A stretch of 64,000 nucleotides of DNA from the NCBI RefSeq assembly GCF_009834535.1, contig NC_045716.1, forward strand, positions 24,614,001 through 24,678,000, read 5' to 3'. The notes below the pieces were generated by a model. It was not told where the DNA came from, did not search any database, and was given only the letters and a program-made list of their open reading frames with translations. A program made the position numbers and the translations under genes. The DNA is from Camelus ferus. Lineage: Eukaryota. Shown in pieces: positions 35,900-49,219 of the stretch (the stretch's first letter is position 1; every line of letters begins with the position of its first letter).

Positions 35900-36640
35900 A
35901 GCCAATTTTGTGTTTCTCTATTATCTCCAAGTCACCAGACTCCAAGTGCAACTCAAATTCATCCTCTTCCTCCTCTCGCCCATATTTCCTTTCTTGATGA
36001 GCCCATCCATCTAGCTGCCTGAGAGAGAAAACTGTGTATCTCCTGAGACGCTTTCTTCTCTATCAGCCCTTGAGCCAGATGGACCCACATCCTCCTCCAT
36101 CTACCTCTATTACATCCTTTTTATCATTCTTTCTGCTACTGCTGTCCTGGTACAGGTTCTCAGCCTTTGTCACCTGGCCTTAGTGCTAGCCTCCTAACTC
36201 GTCTCCCTGCCTCTTGTCTGTTCTCCTCCGTGCCACCCTTTGCATCACTGCTAGAGCAAGCTTTCCTTTCTCCTCTACCTTTTTCACTCAAAGGATAATA
36301 TACTATACCCGCTAATTCTGCATGATCTTTCCACAGCAATAGAAAGAGCTGCTTCACCACAAAAAATAAATGCCTAGTCTTTAGTATTCCACTGTATGGA
36401 CGGATGTGCCACAACAGAATATCCTACTGATGGAACTTTAGGCTGTTTTTAATCTTTTAAAAGCCGTTAAATCTGACCATGTTACTCCCTTGGTTAAAAC
36501 CATTCAAGAGACTCCCTACTGCCTACAGGACAAAACCTCAATTTCTTAGTGTGGCAGCAAGGACCTTCATGACTTGCCCCTTGCCTACTTAACACAGCAC
36601 TGTCTTTTGTCTTTCTCTCTTCACCTCCCAGGCCTTCCTA
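35900..36640 (+). mobile_element. L2 LINE fragment, 5' part, interrupted by an LTR
   Basis: aaatctgaccatgttactccc...ttaaaaccattcaag L2-like; resumes after the LTR; limits approximate. Confidence 0.55.
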
Positions 36641-36642
36641 TA

Positions 36643-37460
36643 TGTGACAGAATAAAATATAGCTTGGTTTTGTCCCTAGTTCCTGAAACAGCTCCTGATG
36701 ATAAAGGTCAAGGTGGTATCTTTCCCTGTTCATAACAAGCCCCTTTCCACCACACAAGTTTATGTTAATGAAGTGACTCTGGAAGGCTCCCACGGATGGG
36801 TGGCTGCTTGCCAGGGGAAACCACCACATGATCAGAGGGTTGGAACTTTCACCCTCTGACCTCTGAGGAGGAGAGAGGGACTGCAGGTTGTGCTAAATCA
36901 CCAGTGGTCGATGATTCAATCACACCTACATATGAAGCCTCCATAGAAAGCCCTAACTGAAGGGGTTCCAAGAGGTTCCAGGTTGGTGAACACATAGAGA
37001 TGCTGGGGGGGGGGGTGCACCCCTGGGGAGGGCACAGAGCTCACCCCATTCCGTGCACACTTTGTCCTACATATCGCTTCCTTCTGGCTGTTTCTGAGCT
37101 GTATCCTCGGAAAATAAACCTGTAATCTAGTAAGTAAGCTGTTTTCCCAAGTTCTGGGAAATGTTCTGATAAATATGAAACCTGAGGAGGGAGCAGTGGG
37201 AACCTCTGATTTATAGCCTGTTGGTTAGAAGCAAAGGTGTCAACCTGGACATGTGACAGGTGTCTAAAGTCTGGGGGCAGTCTTGTGGGTGAGCCCTTAG
37301 CCTGAGGTGTCTGTGCTAGCTCCAGGTAAGTGTCACAGCTGAATTGTAGGACACTCAGTTTGTGCCTGGAGAGTTGGAGAATTGGTTGTTGTAGGGAAAA
37401 CCCATACGTTAGGTGTCTTAAGTGTTGTGAGTAGAGAAGAAACAAAATTTCCCTTAATAC
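36643..37460 (+). mobile_element. MER21-like ERVL solo LTR
   Basis: tgtgacagaataaaatat start; cataacaagcccctttccaccacac...atcagagggttggaactttc and aaaataaacctgtaat resemble MER21 as recalled; 3' end approximate. Confidence 0.7.
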
Positions 37461-37464
37461 TTAA

Positions 37465-37815
37465 AGTCATGCTTCACACTTTGCATTTCCCAGCATGCCA
37501 TGCTCTCGCCCAAGCTGCTGCTTCCACCTGGAATGCGTCTCCAACCACCGACAAGCTCAGCGCCGCCTCCTCTGTGGAGTATTCCCCAGCACCTCTCAGG
37601 CAGAGCGGACCTTTGCCTTCTCCCTGCTTACACAGTACCCTGTGCACGTGTAGATCACAACCTGTAACTGCACTCGTTTGTATATATGTTTATTTCATAC
37701 TAAACAGAGAATTCCCTGAGGATAGGGACTGTCTTCTTCATCTTTATAACCCAGTTCTAGCTCAGTGATGGCATATAACCATTATTCAAAAAAGTTTTCC
37801 TTAATAAACGAAGCA
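37465..37815 (+). mobile_element. L2 LINE 3' terminus
   Basis: ccctgaggatagggactgtcttcttcatcttt...ttaataaacgaa resembles the L2 3' end. Confidence 0.55.
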
Positions 37816-38006
37816 CACCCCCCACCTGCTGACTACCCTCACACTGGACCCATGGGCTCTACCTTTCCATCCTGAGGAGACTTTGCTGGCCTTGCCTCGT
37901 GGTCCCCACCTTATTAGTTCTAACTTCAGTCCCATTAAATCCATCCTGAGTGTCTTTAATCCTGGGCTCTACTTCAACCAGCTCAGTCCTCAGCTTTCTT
38001 TCTCAC

Positions 38007-38231
38007 CTTCCCATTCAAATTCATGTCCACTGTCCAGCTGCTCCGAGTCTGAAGGTGTCTCCAACTCGTCTACCTCCAGGTCAGAACTGCCCTCGGAGGA
38101 GGAAGGATCAGAGTGGGTGGGAGACGCTCCATCATCTCCAGGCCCCTTGGTCAGATCCAGTCGCAACTCTGGGGCAGAAAGACGCTTACGCATGGGGCGA
38201 TGGCCACATAGGGCTAAAGTGTTGGGGGTAC
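38007..38231 (-). CDS. BNIPL: BNIPL exon 4 (ends in HEFEWE|D, the W-acidic kinesin-light-chain-binding motif of the BNIP-2 family)
   Basis: cag|GT ACC CCC...GAA G|gtgaga; TPNTLALCGHRPMRKRLSAPELRL...DSGHEFEWE; 225 nt. Confidence 0.94.
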
Positions 38232-38455
38232 CTGGGGTTGAAAGAGGGGAAAAAAAGAAGAGAAACATGTATGAGTGTTGATGGGAGAGGTTAGAATTCC
38301 TGTATGTGTAAGTGACGATATGGGTTGAATTCCAAAGAATGACCAACACAAGGGACATTTGGGAAAACAAAAGTTGAACCACAAAGGGACAGGATGGCAT
38401 AATCTTTCTCTGGACTAGAATCAAGAACTTGAAGCCTGGGTTCTGATTTACCTAC

Positions 38456-38520
38456 CTGCCTGTGAATCTCCTTCAGGATCAACAGGATCTTCAGAAGGGT
38501 CAGCCTCTTCAGGAAGCAAT
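38456..38520 (-). CDS. BNIPL: BNIPL exon 3
   Basis: tag|A TTG CTT...GCA G|gtaggt; LLPEEADPSEDPVDPEGDSQA; 65 nt. Confidence 0.92.
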
Positions 38521-38715
38521 CTAGAGGGGAAAAGATTAAAAGGGAGCAGAAACTGAGGCTAAAGGCATCAAGACAGGTATGGATTCTCTCTCCGCCATGA
38601 TTTTATCACCTCTTCTCTCTTTTCCCCAGCTCATTCCTTCAAGTCTCAATTTACCTTCCTGCCCTCCATTTGTGACCAACCCTCCCTTTTCCCAACCTCC
38701 CTCACACTTCCTCAC

Positions 38716-38811
38716 CTGGGGAATTCTTCATCCTGCCATTCCTCCATCAGCTCCAGTTCCCCAAGTCTCAGGGATGCTCCTAGCCCTGCTGTTTCTGCAT
38801 TCTCCCTGACC
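38716..38811 (-). CDS. BNIPL: BNIPL exon 2
   Basis: cag|G GTC AGG...CCC AG|gtgagg; VRENAETAGLGASLRLGELELMEEWQDEEFP; 96 nt. Confidence 0.92.
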
Positions 38812-39198
38812 CTGATAGTCCCCCAGAAGAGATTATCATGAGACAAACGAGGCAGTGTTTTAAGGGAGCTGGATAGTAGGTGAAACACTGGGATGAAGAA
38901 CAGTAATTAAGCTTTCAGAATATACATACAGCTTATACAACTCAATAACCAAAAAAAAAAAAAAAAAAAAACAAACAAAAAAACCCAACAATCCAATCAA
39001 AGTAATGGGCAGAAAACCTAAACAGACATTTCTCCAGTGAAGACATACAGACGGCCAATAGACACATGAAAAGATGCTCAATATTGCTAATTATCAGAGA
39101 AATGCAGATCAAAACTACAATGAGGTATCACCTTATACCAGTGAGAGTGGCCATCATTAAAAAGTCCACAAACGATAAATGCTGAAGAGGGTGTGGAG

Positions 39199-39328
39199 NN
39201 NNNNNNNNNNNNNNNNNNNNNNNNNNNNNNNNNNNNNNNNNNNNNNNNNNNNNNNNNNNNNNNNNNNNNNNNNNNNNNNNNNNNNNNNNNNNNNNNNNNN
39301 NNNNNNNNNNNNNNNNNNNNNNNNNNNN
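39199..39328. other. Assembly gap (N run) in L1
   Basis: 130 N. Confidence 0.99.
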
Positions 39329-39464
39329 CATACAGCCAGAGAAAACTAATTTGAAAAGATACATGCACCCCAATGTTCATAGCAGCACTATTTTTTTTTT
39401 AATGAACTGGTGATTTTTAAAAAATAACTTGCAGATACTATCAATGAGCTTTTGTTGCACAGCC

Positions 39465-39639
39465 NNNNNNNNNNNNNNNNNNNNNNNNNNNNNNNNNNNN
39501 NNNNNNNNNNNNNNNNNNNNNNNNNNNNNNNNNNNNNNNNNNNNNNNNNNNNNNNNNNNNNNNNNNNNNNNNNNNNNNNNNNNNNNNNNNNNNNNNNNNN
39601 NNNNNNNNNNNNNNNNNNNNNNNNNNNNNNNNNNNNNNN
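39465..39639. other. Assembly gap (N run) in L1
   Basis: 175 N. Confidence 0.99.
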
Positions 39640-40761
39640 GTGAAGTAAGTCAAAGATAAATATCATATGTTACCACTTATATGCGGAATCTAAAAAACAA
39701 AAGAACACAAGTGAACTTATTTGCAAAGTAGAAACAGATTAAAAAAATATAGAAAACAAACTTAGGGTTACCAAAGGGGAAAGGGAGAGGAATAAATTAG
39801 GAGTTTGGGTTTAGCAGATACAAACTACTATATACAAAGCAGATAAACAACAAGGACCTACAGTACAGCACAGGGAACTGTATTCAATAGCTTGTAATAA
39901 CCTATTATGACAAAGAATATGAAAAAGAATATATATATATATATATATATATATGTATAATTCAATCACTATGCTATATACCAGAAGCTAACACAACATT
40001 GTAAATCAACTATATTTCAATTAAAAAAAAAAGAAAAAAGAAAAAAACAATAATTAAGGAACAGAACAGAAAGCAGGCCTTAAAAAGAACTCAGATCTCT
40101 CATCGCTGAGATGTTTTTACCACCTTCACCACTTGTTGGAAACCGGTCACCCCTACTGTTGGGTTTAGGGGCGGAGAAAGCACGGAATGTCAAGCTAGTT
40201 ATTTTTACCTGTGCGGCAGTTGCTCCACCCGCACAGTGGGGGTGAGAGGTATTTCACATTACAGCTGGCTGGAACCCGACAGACCTGCCCAGCTGTCACT
40301 GCGCAAAGTTGGGGAAGATGGCACCTTGTCAGGCCTGCCTTTCCTCGACCACACTGGGGAGTGGTTAGGGGAAACCACGGCATGGGTGGAGGGGTGGGGG
40401 AAGAAGGTAAGAGGGAAGGGAGATTTGCTGGGAAAAAGAATCTGGACCTAAACATAGTTCTGGGTCAGCTTTCCTGATGGCCATTCTGGAGGATGGGTTG
40501 TTAGAAAACAGAGAACAGGGGCATAATATGGAAGCTTCCTTGAAAAAAAAAAGCAGTAGGAACTATCCTGAAATCCCCTGTTCCCTAATTCTCATATGAT
40601 ACTGGCATTTCCTACCTAGAACCACCCCCATCCCTTCTCTGCAAATTAATTCTTGTCTCCTCTAGGAACTCGAGATTTGACTTGGTAAGAGCTGGATGGT
40701 GGGAAAGTCCCAAGACCATTCACTCCTTGTTTCCAACCAAGTTAGCCAAGATCTTACTCAC

Positions 40762-40805
40762 CCAGGATCGGATGTCTTTTCTCCTGCCTCTTGTAGAGTT
40801 CCCAT
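40762..40805 (-). CDS. BNIPL: BNIPL exon 1 (start)
   Basis: aagATG GGA ACT...CCT GG|gtgagt; MGTLQEAGEKTSDPG; 44 nt. Confidence 0.9.
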
Positions 40806-41463
40806 CTTCGCAGGTCTCCCTGTCTCCTTCTTTAAACACTGAGAGTTGTCGGGGAGCTGGATATCCCAGCTCCCCAACACTTCTGAACGCTTTTTCTCTG
40901 TCTCAACTGTTTGTTGCTCTTGCCTCCAAGGAGGAGGGAGATGTGGAAAGGAGGTAACCTCCCCTTCAAACAGGTTTGGCCACCTCCCTTCCCAAGAAGC
41001 AGGTTTGCCCAAAAGAAAAAACCTGCCTATGTGGGGGCGGGTTTTGGGGAGGAGAGTGCATTTTCTAAAGTGGCTAGTCTTGGGTGAGTCTAGGAAGGCA
41101 ATTTTCCAGATTCCTTAAAACCTTAAGGAATCTGCTTTAAAAAAAAAAAAAAAAAGAGAGAGAGACAATGGTAGAAACCATTTTAAGACTATCTTGGGCC
41201 TACTTCTTGAGCATAAGGAAAATCAAGGACACAGAAGTATATCATAAGCAGGGTTCTGGAAGAAGAAACAAAGGAAAAACTGAGGATGAGGGGAGATAGA
41301 AGATTGTTGCTCCTTATTCCCAAAAAGAGTCAATAGAAGGAAGACATTAAGTTTAGCAGAAAGAAGGGAAATGAATCTTGAGAAGGTTAAAGTAATTATC
41401 AAGGGGAAAGGCCTGACCCTAGTTGTAAAAAGAGACAATAAGACTCCAAACAGGAAAAAAGTA

Positions 41464-41469
41464 TTTAAT
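41464..41469 (-). terminator. PRUNE1: Candidate PRUNE1 poly(A) signal ATTAAA
   Basis: TTTAAT on + strand about 1.45 kb past the stop, with a U-rich tract downstream on the minus strand; inferred. Confidence 0.4.
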
Positions 41470-42918
41470 ATTTTAACAAAATGCAAAATAAAGTACCCAA
41501 GTTACAAAACATAAATTCCTTTGGTTCAGTAATCACACCACTATTTTACCTTCCAATGACTACAAACATCATCCCCTCAAAGTGAAGCCAGACTGTTCCC
41601 CTCATATGAAGACATCATGCCAAAACCATCACATACCCCACTGTTCATCAAAACTGTCAACAACTTACAGGGAATAGAGCTAAGGGGGAGGAAAGGGGCA
41701 ACAGGTTGGTCTGAAGAAGAAAGGGAGACTCTACACATGCAGAACAGGTCAGTGGGAGGGAGCCCTTTGCTGGTCACTATGGTATGAATCATACCCCTGT
41801 ACATGCTACATGAGGCTGAGTACCTTGGTACAATCACACATAAACAGACAATCCAGTGACCCTGAGCATTCCCAGGGAAAACAAAAATAAAAACAGAAGC
41901 AGAGGCGAGAAAGGACAGTGGCAAGAGGCAGATCACAGAAATCAGGGAACATCTAATCCAGACCCTCAGTTTTATAGATGGGGGAATGAGACCTAGAGGA
42001 GTGAGTGTCTTGGCAAGACACACAGTTTACAGCAGTCAGTATGAAACTCCACGTTCCCTTGTACTGTTAGCAAAAAGAGAATTAAATGGATACGAAACCG
42101 ACAGACCCGCTAAGGCAGGGGACAGAGCCGGGGTGCTCACTGTAGTTCTGCTGTCTTTTGGGAAGAGTGCCTATGAGGTCTTAAGGCTTTCCCGGGTGTC
42201 TCCTGGACTCTCAAGAGCCAGGGGTCTTTCTAGGTCTCTTCAGGGTCCCTGTGGCTCTGGGTCAGAGGGATCCAGAGAAACTGAGAGCCACGCCACACGA
42301 CCAGAACGGAAGATAAAGGTCTCCAGTCTGCTCCCAAGCAATTCCGAAAAAGTTACAATAAACTCAGAATAGAAATTTAGCCATCTGGGAATCAGACACC
42401 ATCACCTAACTGGGGGCAGAAAGTGGAGCTGGAAATCTGCAAAAGGCTGAAAACTGGAAAAGGAATTTCCAAAACCTAAAGTGGGTACTGTATTCAGTAA
42501 ATACTTGAGTTAATAAGAGAATAAATGAATACATGGAGAAAATGAACGTTTGGTCCCAATGGAAAATACTGGTTCTGTTAAAGAGCCTGCCTGCGGGCAC
42601 TTTTGGGGTACGCATTCTTTTTGTGCTACTTTTCTGGAACTGTGTATGTTCCTATATTACGACCCTGGTAAATGAAATAGAGGTGAGCCAGTGTAGATTT
42701 AAAGAGTTAAGTTAAATAATAAAATTTGTCTGCTCGGTAGAGATTGTGGGGAAAAGGTAGAAAGCCAGCTCAGCTTTCTTTCACTTCTTTCTCCTCCTAG
42801 GTTTGAGAACAGTACACCAGGTCCTGGAACAATAAAGACAGAACTGCTGAAACATCTCAAAACATGCATTCAGGGTGGTTCAAGCAACCTCTCTCACTTT
42901 CCCCTCCCCTCCCAACAG

Positions 42919-43347
42919 TCATTTCTTGGACAGGGAGGCAGTGGTAGATTCTGATAGCGAGATCTGACTACACTTCTCAAAGATGACCTCGGCTGAGAAT
43001 TTAGGCAGCCCCTGATCCAGAGGGCACTCATCCACCAAGCTGTTCATGGGCGTGGGGGGCAGCGGAGGCTCCTCGTCATCTTGACTCAATCCAGAAATCA
43101 GGGAGTTACCTGCCCTGTCCAATTCCTTGTCCGCCTGTTCCCTGGACACACCCACTGTCTCAGGCTGTCCCGAAGGGATCTTCATGGAGTCAAAATATGC
43201 TGACAAGGCTTCCTGGAGCAGAGGCAGAAGTTTCTTTCGAGAGACCTGGGTGTTGCCTTGAAGATAGGCTTGGAGGTTAGGGTGGATGCTCGGGGCCGGA
43301 GTCAGCTTCAGGGACGGAGAGTGGGAGCGTTCCAGGACTCCACAGAT
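42919..43347 (-). CDS. PRUNE1: PRUNE1 exon 8 (stop)
   Basis: tag|ATC TGT GGA...; [11 protein letters not shown]...[23 protein letters not shown]...[13 protein letters not shown]; 429 nt; spliced CDS 1362 nt (453 aa). Confidence 0.96.
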   Translation of the reverse strand: MCGVLERSHSPSLKLTPAPSIHPNLQAYLQGNTQVSRKKLLPLLQEALSAYFDSMKIPSGQPETVGVSREQADKELDRAGNSLISGLSQDDEEPPLPPTPMNSLVDECPLDQGLPKFSAEVIFEKCSQISLSESTTASLSKK

Positions 43348-43789
43348 CTAAAGCGGAGACAAGACAGGGAGATGGTGCGTAAGATGGTGAAGCAAAGAGC
43401 TGAGGCTTCTAAGTTAGACGCTTCTCTTATAGAGGAGACCCTCCCCCTCCAAAGTTGTTTTTTCAATTAAGTCATCCAGAGTTGTTTTATACATCTGCTA
43501 ATATACGTAGTATTTTAGAAACAGAAGAAACTTTTGAGATCATGTATTTTATTAATAATTAAACCAAAGTCCAGAGAGATTAAGTGTCTTGAACAAGATA
43601 ATGTAGATGATGGGAGACTCTGAACCAGAACCTGGAACCCCTAGCTCCTAACCTAGTGTTGCTTCCAAGTGTATTCCTGTGCTCAAAAACTTGAACTCTG
43701 CCCTTAGCTGAGATGGAACGAGCATCTATACTGAGGTCAGGGGAAGGACAGAGACAGAAGGAATGAATAGATCAAGTCAGGGTGGCAGG

Positions 43790-44015
43790 TATGCCAGGCA
43801 TTGTGCCAGGTCTGGCCATTTACAAATATTAGCTCATTTGCTCCTTACAACTGCCTTACAAGTTGGTATTACTATTACCCTCATTTACAGGTAGGGAAAC
43901 TGACGCTCAGCTAGATAAGGTAACTTGCCAAAGGTCAAGTCTGAATGGAGCAAAGCTGATACTTGAACCCAGGTCTGTCACCAGAGCCGGTGTTCTCAAT
44001 TACTATATTATACTA
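43790..44015 (-). mobile_element. MIR SINE
   Basis: ccctcatttacaggtagggaaactgacgctcag...aacttgccaaaggtca...gaacccaggtct. Confidence 0.7.
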
Positions 44016-45161
44016 TTCCCAACACTGGAGGAAGGAAGGAAGCGGCAGGGCAGGCTGTGAGAAGAGGATGCCCGTTTCCCAGCACGGAGGCAGCCTGGGC
44101 AACAGCAGAGGCATCAGACGTCTAGAGTTTCAGAGGGACTGTGGCGGGGAAATTTGGGAAGGTGGGTAGAGGCACTTCTTACAGCCAAAGCGCCCTTTCC
44201 TTCATGACATGATTAGTAACAGCCCCTGGTTACTGAGAGCCTACTTTGTGCCCAGCAATGTACTTTACACATGATATGATGTTTAATGGTCATATCAGGC
44301 TAATTAGTAGGTAGTATTATGCCATTTACAGACTCAGAAGTCAACTGACTTGCCTTTGGTCAAAGAGCAAGTAAGTGGCAAATCTGGGACAGAAAAGCAT
44401 ATCTATCTGCCTTTAAAAACTGCAGTTCAAACTACCTTCCACTGAATGAAATTACATTTGGTTCCCGAAGGAGAAGATAAAGGCAAAGAGAGGTGGGAAA
44501 GGATGGACATACCTTTTATGGACACGAAAGATTATCTGGCTATATTCAGACCAGTCTTCAGCAGTCTTCTCTGCTAGGAAACCCAAAGGATCCCTGGACT
44601 GCCTTAAGTCCACTTTTAAATTCTTCCCTGATCTTATCAGTAACCAACAGAGGAAAAAAAAGGGAAGGAGGTGGGAAAGGTGGCCAAATGGAAGATGAGG
44701 GGGGAAAAAAACAAACCCGCTGCTGGATTACTTCTCTACTTTGCAAATACAGATTATTTAATCCTTGCATGGTTAAGCAGTAGAAAAGGTTTCTCTTGTA
44801 TTTCTAATTTTCAAGGCAATAAGGTAAAAAGGAGTTTTCAGGGTAAGGAATTAACGGTTAAACCAAGAATCAAATTTTAACTCTAGATTTAAAACATGTC
44901 TTTTTAACCCAATTTTGATTCATTCTAAGTAGGAACTATGTCTCTAATTCTTTTTGGACTCTCCCTTTCTCAACAACAGTATGAGTAAGGATACTCATAT
45001 ATATATTGAATGGAAAAAAGCAGAGAGGAGAGACTCTGGAAATAGATCAAGGAATCCCTACGTAAATACAAGAACCACGGAGAGATCCTTTTCAGCACAG
45101 GGCAGTGAGTACAGGCAGAGCTCTGCAGGGCCCTCAGGCTGGAAAAGGGACAGAGACTCAC

Positions 45162-45320
45162 TGTCATTCGAAGTGCTGCGTGGGGACAGAAAACAGCCAA
45201 CTGCCGCACTGGCTCATTGTGAGTGTTGAAAAAGATAGTCATGGCGACCAGGGCGTCATAGCTGTGAGCCTGGCAGAGGGCATGGAGGTCTGCGATGAGG
45301 CCAGACCTCTGCAGAAAGAC
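45162..45320 (-). CDS. PRUNE1: PRUNE1 exon 7 (DHHA2 region)
   Basis: cag|GTC TTT CTG...ATG ACA|gtgagt; [53 protein letters not shown]; 159 nt. Confidence 0.95.
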
Positions 45321-45489
45321 CTGGAAGAGAAGAAATGGACAGGGATGAGGGCTGCAGCTGGACCCCCCCTATCACCAGCAACAGAAAATGCTTATGAAGG
45401 GTGTCTTTGCATGTTAACCTGGGACCTGTACTCCATACAAAAGGTATCTAGTATTTACTCTGTGCTATTTATGGCTGGAAAGCAATATA

Positions 45490-45690
45490 CAGAATGGGGA
45501 AAATACAGGCTTTGGGTTCAGAAAGAACCGGTTTGAAAATCAGTTCAATTACCTATTAGCTATATGATCGAGGATCCCTAGACTTAAGTTTCCTCATCTG
45601 TAAAATAAGGGTAAAACATGTACCAAACATGATTGTTTTAAGAATTAAAAAATAATAATGTATGTTATGTGCTTGGCATGTGCAAAACTC
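45490..45690 (+). mobile_element. MIR SINE
   Basis: agtttcctcatctgtaaaataaggg core. Confidence 0.65.
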
Positions 45691-46169
45691 TCCTGCTCTT
45701 GCAATCAAACAAGCAAGGTCTTTGCCTCGTGGGTATTTTTATTCTAAAAGAGAAGGAGGGGCGCGTACAAGGAAGTGCAGACACGTGACCACTGCATCCT
45801 TGGTTCTTCATTCTTTGTCAATTTATATTCTTCTCCAAAATTTTATGCAGTATTTCCTCCAATGAATAATAGCACCAGCTGCTTAAGATCAGGGCTTTTC
45901 TTTATCCTTGGCATTTCTAACAAGCCGATTTGTACTGAGATTATGATACTTGGCAAACATTTTGTGCTCCTGTGTTTGGCTCCCAAACTAGATTATGAGT
46001 TGCAAGGGAAGAGGTCATGCTATTCTGTTTTATTTAATTATTTAGTATTCTTTACATTATTATTTAGTAGAAATCTGTGCAGTCTATGACAGCATGTGTT
46101 CAGATCAGATTGTTGAATGATTTAAACCAATATGACATGGAACCAGGTATTAAAATACTTTATGAAAAT

Positions 46170-46870
46170 TATAGTCATTCACCCATTCGACAAAATTTAC
46201 TGAGTATCCACTCTGTGCCAGGCACTGTCAAAGGTGCTGGAGATACAGCAGAAACAGGGTGCTTGCTCTGGTGGAGCTGATAAACTAGCAAAGTGTTATA
46301 GACAGTAAACAAGGAAACCGTGAAACATGATTATTTCAGTGTTAAGTGCAAAGAAGAAAACAAAGTAAGATAATTTTTAGAAACTTTTGGGCACAGAGGA
46401 TATTACTTTAGTTAGGGTGGTCAGGAAGAAGCTCTTAAAAGAGGAGACACCTGAGCTAAGTCCTGAATGATAAGAAGGAGCCAGCTCTGCAAAAGAAAAA
46501 GCAAGTGCAAAGGCCCTGAGTTCGGAGTGAGCTTAATGGTTCTGAAGAACAGAAAGGAAACCAGGATGGCTGCAGTATTGTGATTACAGGCATGAGGCTG
46601 GAATGAGGTTAGGTCAGACAGAAAGACGAACGCCTGATCAAGGAAGGCCCTGCAAACCACAGTAGGCCTTCAGATTTCATCAGAAATGCAATGAAAATGC
46701 AGTAAGGGGAAGGCGCCGATATGATCTGAGGGAGATCACTCTGGCTGCTGTGAGAATGATTTGTAGGAGTCAAAAGTGGAGGCAGGGGGTTATTACAGTG
46801 AAGTGAGAGATGATGGACTGTGGGAGTTGCAGTAGGGATGGAGAAAAGCAGACAGGTACAAGATGTATTC
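46170..46870 (-). mobile_element. L2 LINE fragment
   Basis: cattcacccattcgacaaaatttactgagtatccactctgtgccaggcactg is the reversed L2 3' end. Confidence 0.65.
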
Positions 46871-46931
46871 TGGAGGTGAGCCAAGAGTGAGGGGCAAGGT
46901 TACATACAAAACTGAAGGTTTTTTCTCTCTA

Positions 46932-47069
<138 letters not shown>

Positions 47070-47524
47070 CTAGGGGTCACACAAGAGAACCCAAAGAACC
47101 CAGGGTCCTAAGACAGACCAGGAAGGTGCAGACACCGAGATAGGTCAAGGAAGAGGAAAAACACAGCCTCTCTTTGGGGCAATGAACAGAGCTGACAACT
47201 CAGGAGGTAATTATATAGTAGAAATTTACTTAAATTACTGGATCATGATATAGTTACCTTTAGAGCAAGGGCCTTTGGGGAGAAGGGTAAATGGAAGAAG
47301 AGAGGCTTTCACACCTGATTTTTCTCCTTTCTGTGTTGTTTCACCTTTCTAAAAGTACATGTGGGACCCTTCTTTTTTTTTTTTTTTTTTTTTAATGTCA
47401 ACAGGCGGTAGCTGGGTAAAAAATTATGGAAGTTCTTTTGTTCTCTTCCTTTGTCTTTTGTATATTCACCCTAAATGTTTCTTCTGCTTCCTTAACCAAT
47501 TATCTAGACCTCACTCTACTAATG

Positions 47525-47700
47525 CAGTTCGGTTGACCCTCTGAGGCCATGGGTTTCACATCCCTAGATAAGGAGAGCCGACTGTATTCTTCATACCACG
47601 TCATTTTACGTGAGGGACTTGAGTGTCCGAGGATTTTGGTATCTGTGGGGGCTCCTGGAACGAGTCCCCCACAGACACCAAGGCTCACCAGTATTCCCTC
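47525..47700. mobile_element. Tigger/MER2-like DNA transposon relic
   Basis: gggacttgagtgtccgaggattttggtatctgtgggggctcctggaac resembles the MER2 end as recalled. Confidence 0.55.
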
Positions 47701-47951
47701 AGCATATTTTATGTCTCTACATTCTCTAATTAGACTGGAAACCTCTGAGACGCAATATATTCCTTCTCATCCTCCCAACAGCCAGGGTGGAAAAATGTAG
47801 TGAGTGGCTGATTAGTGCACGCTCGGGCTCACACATTGCTTAGTTTCTTCTGGTTTACAATTTAAATCATCATGCGTGCTCTGCAATTGTTTTGATGGTA
47901 CTGAAGTGTGTAATGAACAAGGCTCCTGCCCACCAGTTTAACACTCCATAC

Positions 47952-48110
47952 CTGATACATCAAACTTTGCCTTTTGCAGAGAATCAAAGATGTCATTTCT
48001 CCTGGGCAGATCTGGGAAGAGGGCCTCCAGTTTCTCCACATATTCAATGTCCTTTAGGGTTGCCTTTCCAACTTTAAGGTCCATGTTGACACAGTCCAGG
48101 ATGATTGTTC
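47952..48110 (-). CDS. PRUNE1: PRUNE1 exon 5
   Basis: cag|GA ACA ATC...TCA G|gtatgg; [52 protein letters not shown]; 159 nt. Confidence 0.95.
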
Positions 48111-48548
48111 CTGTAGAAAAGGAAGATGGCAGAACTCAAATCCTGTGGCCCTCCATTCCTGACCACTAGGACACACATAACCCTCTAACCTAATACAGAG
48201 GAGACTGTATGGCAACTCACTGAAAACAAAACAAGAAACTGGGATGACGTCCTGAGTAAGATATCCCAAATCCAAACTAAAATGCAGGCAGGGAAATGGG
48301 GAAAAGGCAGAAAGGAAGTGTGAGCTCCTCAATCCTTAGAGATTTTGGAACCTAGTCAGAGGGAGATGACCTCTCTTCTGTAGGCCAAATTCTAGCTGGA
48401 AGAGATAGCGAGTTCGAGGCCAATTCTCTCTCTCTCTCTCCTTTTCTTTAACAAATGGAGAAAATCAGAACAAGAAAGGTTAAGAGATTTGCTCAAGGTC
48501 ACGTAACTACCTCCTGGGCAGAAACGGTATTAGAATTCATTTCCTGCT

Positions 48549-48698
48549 GCTGCTGCTGCTGCTGCTGCTTTTTGGTGGGAGGAGGTGGGGGGAGGTACTT
48601 AGGCTTAATGTATTTATTTTTGGAGGAGGTGCTGGGGATTGAACCCAGGACCTCGTGCTAAGCATGCGCTCTACCACTTGAGCTACACCCTCCCCCAC
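48549..48698 (-). mobile_element. tRNA-Ala-derived SINE with (CTG)n at its tail
   Basis: Reverse complement gggtgtagctcaagtggtagagcgcatgcttag..gggttcaatcccc; TSD CATTTCCTGCT at 48538-48548 and 48699-48709. Confidence 0.9.
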
Positions 48699-48787
48699 CA
48701 TTTCCTGCTTCTTAATAGGCATCTTCTAGGCCTGCTGTTCTGGGCTTCCTTTCTGCTTTCTCTGACAAAGTATCCTGCAGGCCTTTA

Positions 48788-49219
<432 letters not shown>

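Larger units (their letters stand above)
38912..40045 (+). mobile_element. 5'-truncated L1 (ORF2 end, artiodactyl-type 3'UTR, A tail) in BNIPL intron 1
   Basis: agacatttctccagtgaagacatacag...aaaactacaatgaggtatcacc ORF2 end; probable TSD AACAGTAATTAAG 38899-38911 and AACAATAATTAAG 40046-40058; two N gaps inside. Confidence 0.88.

Noticed and set aside
39392-39464. Non-L1-looking 73-bp segment between two N gaps inside the L1
   Set aside because: Flanked by gaps, so it may be a scaffolding artefact; it cannot be interpreted without reads.
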